Shown here piece after piece: positions 30,709 to 39,464 of a stretch of DNA of 64,000 bases (the stretch's first letter is position 1; each line of letters begins with the position of its first letter). Position numbers and translations under genes: made by a program. The stretch is taken from NCBI GenBank assembly GCA_963784995.1, contig CAWATZ010000006.1:72853-136852 (forward strand), written 5' to 3'. The notes under the pieces are model-generated. The model was not told where the DNA came from. It did not search any database and saw only the letters and a list, made by a program, of their open reading frames with translations. The DNA is from an uncultured Planctomycetota bacterium (GTDB taxonomy: Bacteria; Planctomycetota; Planctomycetia; Gemmatales; Gemmataceae).

Positions 30709-31324
30709 GTGACAACAGAGCAGCCAACGCTGACTTCTCTCCTGAAGCAGGTCCAGGCAGGTTCCCAGGAGGCGGCGCAAACGCTGTACGACCTCTACGC
30801 CTCCCACGTGCGCCAGGTGATCCGCTTGCGTCTCTCGGATCGGCTGCGCCGGCGGTTTGATTCCCTGGATTTCTGCCAGGACGTCTGGGCATCGATCTTC
30901 ACCTCTCCCCCGGAGCCGGACGCCTTTGAGTCGCCGGAGAAATTCGTTGCGTTCCTGACCCGCATGGCCCAGAACAAGGTGACCGACGCTACCCGGCAGC
31001 AACTGGGGACGGAGAAATACGATCTCGGTCGCGAGGAACCGTTCAGCCGGAGCAACGAAGGCAAGGTCCCGGTGCGACTCTTTGCCCGCGAGGACACTCC
31101 CAGCGTCCTCGCCGCCAGCAAGGAGGCGTGGGACAAGCTCCTCGTCAGCTTGCCTCCGGTACACCGGCGCGTCCTGGTGCTGCTTCACCAGGGAAAGACT
31201 CAGGAGGAGACGGCCGCGAAGCGCAGGCCGGCCTGCCGGCCGGAGCGCACGCAGGCGTGCGGGGGTCACCCGGAGGACCGTCGAACGGATCTATGCCCGT
31301 GCCGTGCAGCAGCTCCGTTCCTGA
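30709..31324 (+). CDS. ECF-type sigma factor, 3' end disrupted by 40-bp palindromic element copy B
   Basis: Region 2 (ASHVRQVIRLRLSDRLRRRFDSLDFCQDVWASIF) and the start of region 4 (VLVLLHQGKTQEETAAK) are followed by the element ([15 protein letters not shown]). The expected helix-turn-helix continuation GVTRRTVERIYARAVQQLRS* lies in a different frame. Confidence 0.7.
31222..31261. repeat. 40-bp GC-rich palindromic element, copy B (CGCAGGCCGGCCTGCCGGCCGGAGCGCACGCAGGCGTGCG)
   Basis: Exact consensus copy. Contains the CGCACGC-AGG-CGTGCG hairpin and a GGCCGGCC..CCGGCCGG palindrome. Confidence 0.9.
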
Positions 31325-31354
31325 AACCGGTTCTCCCGCCGCATTGACTGGACC

Positions 31355-33527
31355 GTGAAGTATTGGGATATCGCAGCGAACCTGGATTACAGACGAGTCA
31401 TGGCGGAAATGAGCCCAGAAGCACGAGCAGACGGTTGCATCCGAGAGGAGAGCTGGTCGGTCCTCCTGGAGGCAGCTTACTTTGAATACTGCTGCCTCGA
31501 GCAAGAGGGCCAGGCCGTCGATCTCCAGGCCTTCTGTGCGCGCTATCCAGGGATGCACGGCGCTCTGTGGATTCTCTTGCAGAGTCACCAGTTTCTGGAG
31601 AACAACCCGCACCTGCTGATTCGCGAGCCCAACTGGCCGCAGCCCGGCGCGACCTTTCGGGGTTTCCGCCTGGAACGGCTGCTCGGGCAAGGGTCGTTTG
31701 CCCGGGTCTTCCTGGCCCGCCAGCTGGCCCTCGGCGGCCGGCTGGTGGCTTTGAAGCTCTCGACTCGAACGGGCGCCGAAGCGCACGTGCTCGGGCGGCT
31801 GGTGCATCCCAACGTCATCCCCGTCTTTTCGGTGGAGCGCGACGAGGCCACCGAACTCACGGCCCTGTGCATGCCGTATTTCGGAGACGCGACCCTGCTG
31901 GACGTGCTGGTTCAGCTCCAGGCCGCTACCGCGCTGCCACGGAACGCGGCCGTCCTGCTGGACGTGCCCAGGCGGTTGGCCGCCGCGCTGCCGCTGGAAA
32001 ACGTGTTGCCACCGCCGCGCGTCCTGGTCCAGGGCAGCTACGAGGAAGGGGTGCGTCATCTCGGCAGCCAGCTCGTGGACGCGCTGGCCTACCTCCACGA
32101 GCAGGGCATTGTCCACCGCGACCTGAAACCGTCCAACATCCTGCTCACGCCTGCCGGGACGCCCCTGCTGCTGGACTTCAACCTCTGCGCCGCGGTCGAG
32201 CAAAACGATGCCGAACATGGGGGATCGGTCAGGTACATGGCTCCCGAGATCCTGGGGGCCATGATCCAGCAGGATGCCCCGGCGCCGCTCGATGGGCGTG
32301 CCGACCTCTTCTCCCTGGGAGTCATCCTTTACGAGCTGCTGACCGGTTGCCACCCGTTTGACCCACTGCCGAGGGAGCTGGACACGAAGGAATCCTGGCA
32401 GCAGTTGCTGAAGTGCCAGCAGGCGGGCAGCCGGCCTGTCCGGGCTTTGAACCCCCGCGTCGATCCCCAGCTGGGCGCCCTGGTGGATCAGTGTTTGTCC
32501 TGGGATGCCGCTCGGCGTCCGCCCCTCGCACGCCTGCGTGCGCTCCGGCCGGCAGGCCGGCCTGCGCTTCGCCGCCGTCGCGGCCTTGCGTCCACGCATC
32601 AGTTTCGTAACCCGCGTGCGGGCCCTGGCAACCCACCGTCCACGGACCGTTGCTGCTCTCCTGGTGTCGGGGCTCCTTGCTGTCCCGGCACTGGCGCTGG
32701 CGTTGTCCGGCGGGTTGCTCGGGACGGAGTTGGAACGCGGCCGGGAAGCGTACCGTCAGGGGCGGTACGAGCAGGCCGTGGTCCATTTCGATCGAGCGCT
32801 GGCAACCGACCCCAACGACGCCCAGGGATGGTTTGCGCGCGGACTGGCCTACCAGAAACTGGGGCAGTCGGATCGCAGGAACTACGCCCACGCCGCGGCG
32901 GACTTCGAGGGGGCCTGGCGCCTCGACCCGCAAGGAAAAAGCAAAGCCTGTCTGGGTTACTGTTTGCAGGCGCGAGGACAATCTCTGGAGGCCGCTCTGG
33001 TGTATGAGGAGGCCATCCAGAGCGGTTACGCTCCGGCCGAGTTGCTCAACAACCTCGGTGCCGCGGAATGGGCCCTGGCCCGTCTGGCTCTGGCCGAACA
33101 GCACCTCAGCGCTGCCATCAAGCTCGAACCACGCCTTCAGGCAGCCTACCATCACCGCGCTCTTGTCTATCTGCAACTCGCACGCCAGCAGACGGCGCCC
33201 GATGCCGCGTTACGCCGGGACAAGTTCCTCCGCGCGGGCATCGCAGACGCGAACAAGGCCCTTGCACTTGGGCCGCCCTCAGGGGAATTGTTTTACGACG
33301 CCGCTCAACTGTGTGGAGTGGCCGCACGTACTCACCCGGTGTGGGCGAACCCAGCACTGGACTACCTCGACCAGGCCTTGCGTTACGGCGTCAAGCCGAA
33401 GCAACTTGCCGACAAGGCCTGGGTCGCCCTGCACAAGGAACCCCGTTTCCAGGCACTCGAAAAACGCTCTCCCGTTCCTCACCCGGCATTCAAGGCCGTG
33501 CGCATCCTGCCTCCCGTGAAAGAGTAA
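31355..33527 (+). CDS. Ser/Thr protein kinase-TM-TPR protein, interrupted by 40-bp element copy C
   Basis: Kinase domain ([18 protein letters not shown]...RYMAPE) up to ...SWDAARRPP. Then the element. Then, in another frame, a TM segment ([20 protein letters not shown]) and TPR repeats ([38 protein letters not shown]...). Confidence 0.75.
32527..32566. repeat. 40-bp GC-rich palindromic element, copy C (reverse orientation)
   Basis: CGCACGCCTGCGTGCGCTCCGGCCGGCAGGCCGGCCTGCG is the exact reverse complement of copy B. Preceded on the element strand by CGAAG, as are copies B and D. Confidence 0.9.
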
Positions 33528-33593
33528 GGGCTGCTCTCCAGGCATGGTTAGGCGCGACGCGGAGCACGCCGGCCACAACCTTCGCGCTCCTGT

Positions 33594-33621
33594 CCCGTGG
33601 GTCGCGCAGCGCACCCACGGG
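33594..33621. repeat. 28-bp hairpin CCCGTGGGTCGCGCAGCGCACCCACGGG (single arm of the 1652-1782 palindrome family)
   Basis: Sequence identity to 1746-1782. Followed by an unusually AT-rich stretch. Confidence 0.8.
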
Positions 33622-33821
33622 GACCATTTTTTGCAAAAAAACTTTTTCGCAATGTCTCAATGCTGGGTCAAATCTCGATTATTAATAGGAGAAGCTTCTC
33701 ACCTTTTTACCAACACCGTCCCGGAACCCTGAGTGCGGTTTGACTGCCGCCGTGCTCCTGCGTGATCGGTGCGCGCCGGCAGGGGGACTGACTTGCGCCT
33801 GTGAGAAAGGTGGAATGAAGC

Positions 33822-34570
33822 ATGTGGAAGACTCTGCTTACGTGGTGGCAAAGGCCAGCAAGACGTGCCAGCGCCCAGCCGGTCCGGCTCTTTCTGGAGC
33901 ATCTGGAATCGCGCTGGTGTCCCTCGTCTGGAGGGGGAGGGGGAGGGGCGCCGACGTTGACTTACAACGTCACCCAGACCGGCGGCCAGACCGTCCTGAT
34001 CTCCGGCACGGTCACGGACCAGAACCCCAGCTCGGTGGACATTTCCTTCACGGGCGTGGTCAACACCAGCATCACCGCATCCGCCAACGGGACCTTTTCC
34101 GTCTCGACGACGGCCTCCGCCCTGGGAGAAATTGACGGCGTGGACAAAGGTGGCCCAGCAGTTGAGTTCGCCGCCACCCCGGGTTGCGCTGCGCTCCACC
34201 CGGGGCTCTATTCCCCAGGACAGGAGTAAAGCCCCGGGTGGAGCGCAGCGCAACCCGGGGGAGTTCGCCGGTCGTCCCCTTCAACCTGACGAACAACCCG
34301 CCGCAGATCGTGAATTTCCAGGCCGTCCAGGTGACGGGCAACATCTGGACGCTGAGCGGACAGGTCCAGGATGCCTGCGCCAGCGGGTTGGTGGTGACCT
34401 TCGGCGGGTTTCCCGAGCTGGACGGGCAGACGGTCCTGACGGATGACAACGGCAACTTTTCTTTTGCGGTCACGCTGGCCGATGGCGAGTACGGAACCGC
34501 GACCGCCCAGACCTGCGATGGCTGGGACATGGAGTCCAACGTCGCCGAGTGGTACATCAACCCGGCCTAG
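33822..34570 (+). CDS. secreted protein with two tandem Ig-like/beta-sandwich repeats, interrupted between the repeats by a hairpin MITE
   Basis: N-terminus RRASAQPVRLFLEHLESRWCPS (planctomycete secretion-type leader). Repeat 1 is ...ISGTVTDQNPSSVDISFTGVV...NGTFSV. Repeat 2 is ...LSGQVQDACASGLVVTFGG...NGNFSFAV. The two repeats lie in different frames on either side of 34176-34261. Confidence 0.6.
34176..34261. mobile_element. 86-bp hairpin MITE-like element (arms CCGGGTTGCGCTGCGCTCCACCCGGGG / CCCCGGGTGGAGCGCAGCGCAACCCGG) flanked by a 10-bp direct repeat GAGTTCGCCG
   Basis: Perfect ~27-bp inverted arms around a 28-nt loop. GAGTTCGCCG is present at 34164-34173 and 34261-34270. A second copy without an obvious duplication lies at 35716-35806. 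Confidence 0.75.
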
Positions 34571-34626
34571 CGTCCGATACGCAGACGGCAACAGGACCAC
34601 ACCAGGCCGCCCGATCGGAACCAACG

Positions 34627-34968
34627 ATGCACAAAAGCAAAGACGTGGACCGCCTCGTCGAGCGAACCCAGAGCGGGGATGCCGATGCGGCGGCGATCAT
34701 CCGCCGCCAGGTGAAGCCTCTCCTTGCCTGCAGGCTCCGCTGGAACCTGCAGGGAGAGGGAGGCACGACAGGGGTGGACCAGGTGCTGAGCGAATTCCTC
34801 CACGAGCAGTCGGCGACGGTCGATCGCGCGACCCTGGCGGAACCGAAGGAAATCGAGCGCCTCGCTGAGATCCTCACCGACCGATTCATGAACCGTCTGG
34901 CCGCACAGGGCGCAGTCGAGACAACCGTGCCGTACCAGCGAACCGTGCGCATGCCAGCGGTTCGCTGA
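34627..34968 (+). CDS. hypothetical protein
   Basis: 113 aa from MHKSKDVDRLVERTQSGDADAAAIIRRQ.... Helical, no recognisable family. Confidence 0.4.
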   Translation: MHKSKDVDRLVERTQSGDADAAAIIRRQVKPLLACRLRWNLQGEGGTTGVDQVLSEFLHEQSATVDRATLAEPKEIERLAEILTDRFMNRLAAQGAVETTVPYQRTVRMPAVR

Positions 34969-35117
34969 GCCGCGCTGCCGGCACAAGCACCCGCCCTCGC
35001 AGAGAGCCTTTGCATGGCGACCATCTTGATCGTCGATGACCAGCTGAGCATCCGCTACTATCTGGTGCGGCTGCTGGAGCACGCCGGCCATCGGTTGCTC
35101 CAGGCCGCCGACCGAAG

Positions 35118-35157
35118 CGCAGGCCGGCCTGCCGGCCGGAGCGCACGCAGGCGTGCG
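35118..35157. repeat. 40-bp GC-rich palindromic element, copy D
   Basis: Exact consensus. Sits between receiver-domain codons ...AADRS and EALATVK.... Removing 38 nt restores the receiver reading frame. Confidence 0.9.
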
Positions 35158-35715
35158 AGGCCCTGGCAACCGTCAAGGCGGAACGGCCCGACCTGGTGAT
35201 CACCGACATTCAGATGCCGAACGTGGACGGCTGCGAGTTTGTCCGCCAGCTCCGTGCGGATCCTGCCCTGGCAGCGACACCGGTCATCTTCTGCACGGCC
35301 CGCTCCAGGGAGGAGGCCCAGGTCCTGGCCGATGCCTGGGACGTCGCCGACGTCCTGACCAAACCCTGGGAGCCGGAAGCGGTTCAGCGCGCGGTGGCGT
35401 CCGCCCTGAGCATCGCCCCGCTTCCGGCACCTCCCACCCCGGAGCCTGAGATGCCGGACCAACCCAGAACGGCCAGGCAGACCGAGGCGGCGCTGCGCCA
35501 GTGAAGAACTCTTCCGCAGTGCCTTTGAGTACACCAACGTTGCCATGGTCCTCATGGACGTCAACAATCGCTTTGTTCGTGTCAACGCTGCATTTACCCA
35601 GCTGCTGGGCTATTCGGAAGCGGAGCTGCAACTGGCGATGAGCGACGTCACCCACCCGGACGATCTGGCAGAAAGCGACTCCCGTCGTGCGGCCCTGCCG
35701 GCCGGCACCAGGCGT

Positions 35716-35806
35716 CCCCGGGTTGCGCTGCGCTCCACCCGGGGCTTTACTCCTCAAACCAGGAGTAAAGCCCCGGGTGGAGCGAGGTACGAGCGCAACC
35801 CGGGGG
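35716..35806. mobile_element. 91-bp hairpin MITE-like element (same family as 34176-34261)
   Basis: CCCCGGGTTGCGCTGCGCTCCACCCGGGGCTTTACTCCT...AGGAGTAAAGCCCCGGGTGGAGCG.GGTACGAGCGCAACCCGGGGG. It is translated in frame as ...PRVALRSTRGFTPQTRSKAPGGARYERNPG... inside the first PAS region. Confidence 0.75.
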
Positions 35807-36169
35807 TCTTCCAGATGGAGACACGCTATCGGCACAAGGACGGACACGTCCTGTGGGGCTTGACGAACGTCTCCCTGGTGCGCGACACCAGCGGTCAGCC
35901 GATGCTGTACGTCGGCCAGGTGCAGGACGTCACCGAACGCAAACGCTCGGAAGAGGCACTGGCCAGGTCCGTCGAGCGCCTGCGCATCCTGCATCAGATT
36001 GACCTGGCTTTGATCAAGGGGGAAAGGCCGGAAGAAATTGCCGGAGCAGCCGTGGCACCCCTGCGCGAACTGCTCGGGGTGTCCCGTGCCGTCGTGAACC
36101 TGTTTGACCTGGCCAGCGGCGAGGTCGAGTGGCTGGCCAAAGCGGAGGCCAGCCCTCTGCCCGACCTGT

Positions 36170-36207
36170 CGGGCAGGCCCGACGGAGCGCACGCAGGCGT
36201 GCGGGGG
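36170..36207. repeat. partial or variant copy of the 40-bp element (copy E)
   Basis: GGGCAGGCCCGACGGAGCGCACGCAGGCGTGCGGGGG keeps the 3' hairpin half exactly. Read in frame within the GAF region ([15 protein letters not shown]). Confidence 0.7.
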
Positions 36208-36776
36208 CAGCACCGGGTCCACGTCGGTCCAGGCATCCGCTATTCGATCCGGTTCATGGGGGACGTGGAGGCCTTGCGGCGGGGTGAACTGCAAGTGATC
36301 GACGTCCACGCACTGCCTCCCGGGCCGGAAGTCGATGCCTTGCTGGCCTCCGGGGTCCACTCCTGCGTGGTCGTGCCCATGATCGCCGAAGGCGAACTGA
36401 TCGGCGCGCTCAGCTTCGGAGGCACCGAGGTCGCGTTGTCCCCGGAGCAGGTCACGGTCGCGCAGGAGGCCGCTTCGCAGTTCGCGATCTCCATCTCCCA
36501 GGCGCGACTCCATGAACGGGTCAAACGCCAGGCGCAGGAACTCGAAGCGCAGGTCACCGAGCGCAAACTCGCCGAGGAGGCATTGTGCCTGGCTCAGCAG
36601 CGCCTGCAACACGTGGTGAGTTCCAGCCCGGCCGTGCTCTGCACCCTGGCGGTCGAGGACAGCGACCTCCGGCTCACCTGGATCAGCGACAACGTGCGCG
36701 AGCTTCTTGGCTACTTGCCGGCGGAGGTGTTCTCGCCCCGCTGGTGGCAGGAGCGCGTCCACCCGGAGGACCGGCA

Positions 36777-36836
36777 GCACGCCTGCGTGCGCTCCGTCGG
36801 GCCTGCCCGACAGGTCGGGCAGAGGGCCGGCCTGCG
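36777..36836. repeat. 60-bp variant of the 40-bp element with an extra internal hairpin (copy F, reverse orientation)
   Basis: GCACGCCTGCGTGCGCTCCGTCGGGCCTGCCCGACAGGTCGGGCAGAGGGCCGGCCTGCGC. The histidine-kinase frame is lost exactly here. Confidence 0.8.
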
Positions 36837-37615
36837 CTTGGGGCCGAGATCCAGCAGGGGCTGTTGTCCCACGGTCGCCTGGCCAGTGAGTACCGCTTCC
36901 AGCACAAGGACGGGACCTATCGCTGGGTCCGGGGCGAGTTGCGGTTGCAGAGCGACCCGGCAGGCGGGGCCACGGAAATTGTGGGCTCCTGGTCGGACGT
37001 GACCCAGCGCAAACAGCTGGAGGAGCAGTTCCGCCAGGCGCAGAAAATGGAGGCGATCGGCCGGCTGGCGGGCGGGGTGGCGCATGATTTCAACAATCTG
37101 CTGACCATCATCAACGGCTACGGCACCCTGGTGCTGACCCGGTTGCCGGCCGACGACCCCACGCGCGAAATGATCCGGGAGGTCGTCGCCGCCGGGGACC
37201 GGGCTGCCGGTCTGACGCGCCAGCTGCTGGCCTTTAGCCGCAAGGCCTTCATCGAACCCAGGGTGCTGGACCTCAAAGTCCTGGTCGGCGACCTCCAGAA
37301 AATGCTTCGCCGCATCATCGGCGAGGACATCCAGCTGACCGTGGCGTCCGATCCCGACCTGGGCGCGGTGAATGCCGACCTCGGCCAGATCGAGCAGGTG
37401 ATCATGAACCTGGTGGTCAACGCCCGGGACGCCATGCAAGGGGGCGTTTGGGGAGACCCTCCACAACACCACCCGCCGGGGGGCCAGCTGACCATCGAAC
37501 TGCGCAACCGCGACCTGGACGAGACATCCGCTCGGGAGCAGCCGGAAGCCCGGGCCGGACCGTACGTGGTGCTGACGGTCCGCGACACGGGCTGCGGCAT
37601 GGACGCGGCCCCGAG

Positions 37616-37656
37616 CGCAGGCCGGCCTGCCGGCCGGAGCGCACGCAGGCGTGCTG
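37616..37656. repeat. 40-bp GC-rich palindromic element, copy G (3' end GTGCT variant)
   Basis: Inside the HATPase_c G1/G2 region, between GCGMDAAP and [11 protein letters not shown]. Confidence 0.85.
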
Positions 37657-37869
37657 GGCCCGGATCTTCGAGCCCTTTTTCACCACCAAGGGGGAAAAGG
37701 GCACCGGACTGGGGCTGGCCACGGTCTATGGCATCGTCAAGCAGAGCGGCGGCCACGTCACCGTCTCCAGCGCGGTGGGGGCCGGGACGACCTTCCAGGT
37801 GTACCTGCCGCGCGTGCAGCAACGGCCCTCGGAAAGGATGAAGGATGAAGGATGAATCAGAACCCCAAG

Positions 37870-37909
37870 CGCAGGCCGGCCTGCCGGCCGGAGCGCACGC
37901 AGGCGTGCG
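37870..37909. repeat. 40-bp GC-rich palindromic element, copy H
   Basis: Exact consensus, 17 bp downstream of the histidine-kinase stop. Possible terminator-like position. Confidence 0.9.
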
Positions 37910-37960
37910 TGGCACCCGGCAACTGACGCAGAGGGGCACCCGCTTGCGGGTCTGCCGGAA

Positions 37961-38989
37961 TCAAATCTCCAGTGCGTCCAGGTCGTCCATCAGCTTGTCC
38001 AGGTCATCCTTCGGCTGCTCGCACTTGCCCAGCTGTCGTTTCGGAATGCCCACAGTCAGCCCCACTGCCTCCCGACCGTCCTTGACCAGTTCGGTATCGC
38101 GTTCCTGAGCGGCGATGGCCATCGCATCGCCGCCGCCGAACAGCTTGGTCAGGTCGATCTTCAGCCCGCTGATGGCCCCGACCGGCGCACCGGCGATGGC
38201 CGGCGTCTTGTAGTCGGGAAACATGATGGCCTGCTCGGGACAGACCCGGCTGCACGCCGGGCAGCCGCGCTTGCAGTTGTCCTGGTTCTCGACGATGAGC
38301 CGATCCAGTTTGTCCACGCCGTAGACGCCGAACAGGCAGAAGTCCAGGCACTCCATGCAGTTGGTGCAGCGGCTGTAATCGATCACCGGATACCAGCGTC
38401 GGCCCGGTTGCTGGAGCATCTGTTCGGGGGTAAACGCCGCCGGTGCGGGCTTCTCCGGCTCCTCGCGCAGATAACGGCCCAGCTGCACCACGTTGGGCTG
38501 GCCGCCGATCCACTGTTTCAGCGTCTCCTGCCGGCGCTGCTTGCACTCCAGCCCGATCCGCTTGACTTCCTCGACGTAGACACGGTGGTCGCTGCTGTCG
38601 CGCAGGTCGAGGCAGTAGACGTGCCGATCCGGGACGTTGACCGAGCCGATGCCCTTGAGTTCCTCCGCCTCGCCTTCTTCTTCCTCTGCGTCGCTGTCGG
38701 CGGGTTTGATCTGCGTTTGCCCCTCGTGGCCGCGGATGCCGTCGCGGTCGAGCAGCCAGAAGGCGGCGCGGGGGAACAGCCAGGAGAGGACGACCATGTC
38801 GCCTTGCACCGACTCCAGGAACAGCCGGCCGGTGTGGTTGGCGTCGAGGTCGTACAGGTGCGGCACGATGGAGACGTCGAGGCCCGGCTCCATGATGAGG
38901 GCGGCGGCGATGCTCTCCTCCAGGGCCCGCCGGGTCGGGTTCTTGCCCTGGGCCTGTGACAGGACGACGGTCAGACGGTCTCGGCTCAT
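37961..38989 (-). CDS. 4Fe-4S ferredoxin-domain protein
   Basis: CTNCMECLDFCLFGVYGV and CKRGCPACSRVCPEQA are two Cx2Cx2Cx3C-type clusters. Confidence 0.7.
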   Translation of the reverse strand: MSRDRLTVVLSQAQGKNPTRRALEESIAAALIMEPGLDVSIVPHLYDLDANHTGRLFLESVQGDMVVLSWLFPRAAFWLLDRDGIRGHEGQTQIKPADSDAEEEEGEAEELKGIGSVNVPDRHVYCLDLRDSSDHRVYVEEVKRIGLECKQRRQETLKQWIGGQPNVVQLGRYLREEPEKPAPAAFTPEQMLQQPGRRWYPVIDYSRCTNCMECLDFCLFGVYGVDKLDRLIVENQDNCKRGCPACSRVCPEQAIMFPDYKTPAIAGAPVGAISGLKIDLTKLFGGGDAMAIAAQERDTELVKDGREAVGLTVGIPKRQLGKCEQPKDDLDKLMDDLDALEI

Positions 38990-38995
38990 GGCGGG

Positions 38996-39461
38996 TCAGT
39001 CCTCGAGGTTCATCTTGCCTTTGATCATGGCCTGGGTCTTTTCCCAGTTGGCCGTGAGGTGGTCATGATATTCCTGCACGGTGAGGGTGCCAGCGCCATC
39101 GCCATCCATCTCGAACAGCCAGCCACCGCCGTAGCCATCGACGTTGATCCCCGAGGGATCTTTCAGCAGCTCCTGGTTGAACTCCACCAGGACGCCGGCC
39201 ATCGGGGAGAACAGGTCCGAGACGGCCTTGGACGTCTCGATGTGGCCGATCTCCTGGAGCAGCCGGACTCGATCTCCCGGACTGACGTGCCAGTCCAGGA
39301 AGTACACGTCCTGCATCAGCCGGATGGCGTACGCCGTGAAACCAAAGCGCCACCGGCCCGGCTCGATTTCCTGGGTCCACGTGTGCGTGCGCGGTGCAGC
39401 GCAGCGCCGCGGGCAGCCGGGCCGGGAACTTGCCCATCAGGAAGGTCAGGTCGTCGGCCAT
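38996..39461 (-). CDS. glycine-cleavage H-protein-like (lipoyl-domain) protein; frameshift near 39400
   Basis: EIGHIETSKAVSDLFSPMAGVLVEFNQELLKDPSGINVDGYGGGWLF matches the GcvH lipoyl-lysine region (ESVKA...P..G.V.E.N..L...P..VN.DPYG.GW). The N-terminus MADDLTFLMGKFPARLP is in a second frame. Confidence 0.6.
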
Positions 39462-39464
39462 GGC

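Larger units (their letters stand above)
35014..37853 (+). pseudogene. hybrid response-regulator receiver / PAS-GAF-PAS sensor histidine kinase, fragmented by four copies of the 40-bp element and one 91-bp hairpin element
   Basis: Five pieces in different frames. Receiver (35014-35504): MATILIVDDQ...AADRS | element D | ...EALATVKAERPDLVITDIQMPNVDGCEF...VLTKPW. PAS/GAF (35545-37002): EELFRSAFEYTNVAMVLMDVNNRF..., with the 91-bp hairpin carried in frame, and ...WWQERVHPEDRQ | element F. PAS-HisKA (36585-37472): ...[13 protein letters not shown]...[13 protein letters not shown]...RQLLAFSRK. HATPase_c (to 37853): ...[12 protein letters not shown] | element G | [38 protein letters not shown].... 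Confidence 0.7.

Noticed and set aside
33822-34570. Treating 33822-34229 and 34184-34570 as two separate genes
   Set aside because: The two halves contain homologous Ig-like repeat units and are separated exactly by the hairpin element. A single interrupted gene is more parsimonious.
25941-37909. CRISPR array suggested by recurring 40-bp repeats
   Set aside because: The copies are irregularly spaced (hundreds to thousands of bp apart), occur in both orientations, are palindromic, and sit inside genes. There is no regular repeat-spacer organisation and there are no cas genes.
25941-37909. The 40-bp element as a sequencing adapter, cloning linker or transposon mosaic end
   Set aside because: No match to common Nanopore/PacBio/Illumina adapters or to Tn5/Mu/mariner ends that I can recall. 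Its GC content and hairpin style match the native dispersed palindromes in the same window (1652-1782, 57618-57684). Still worth excluding by read inspection.
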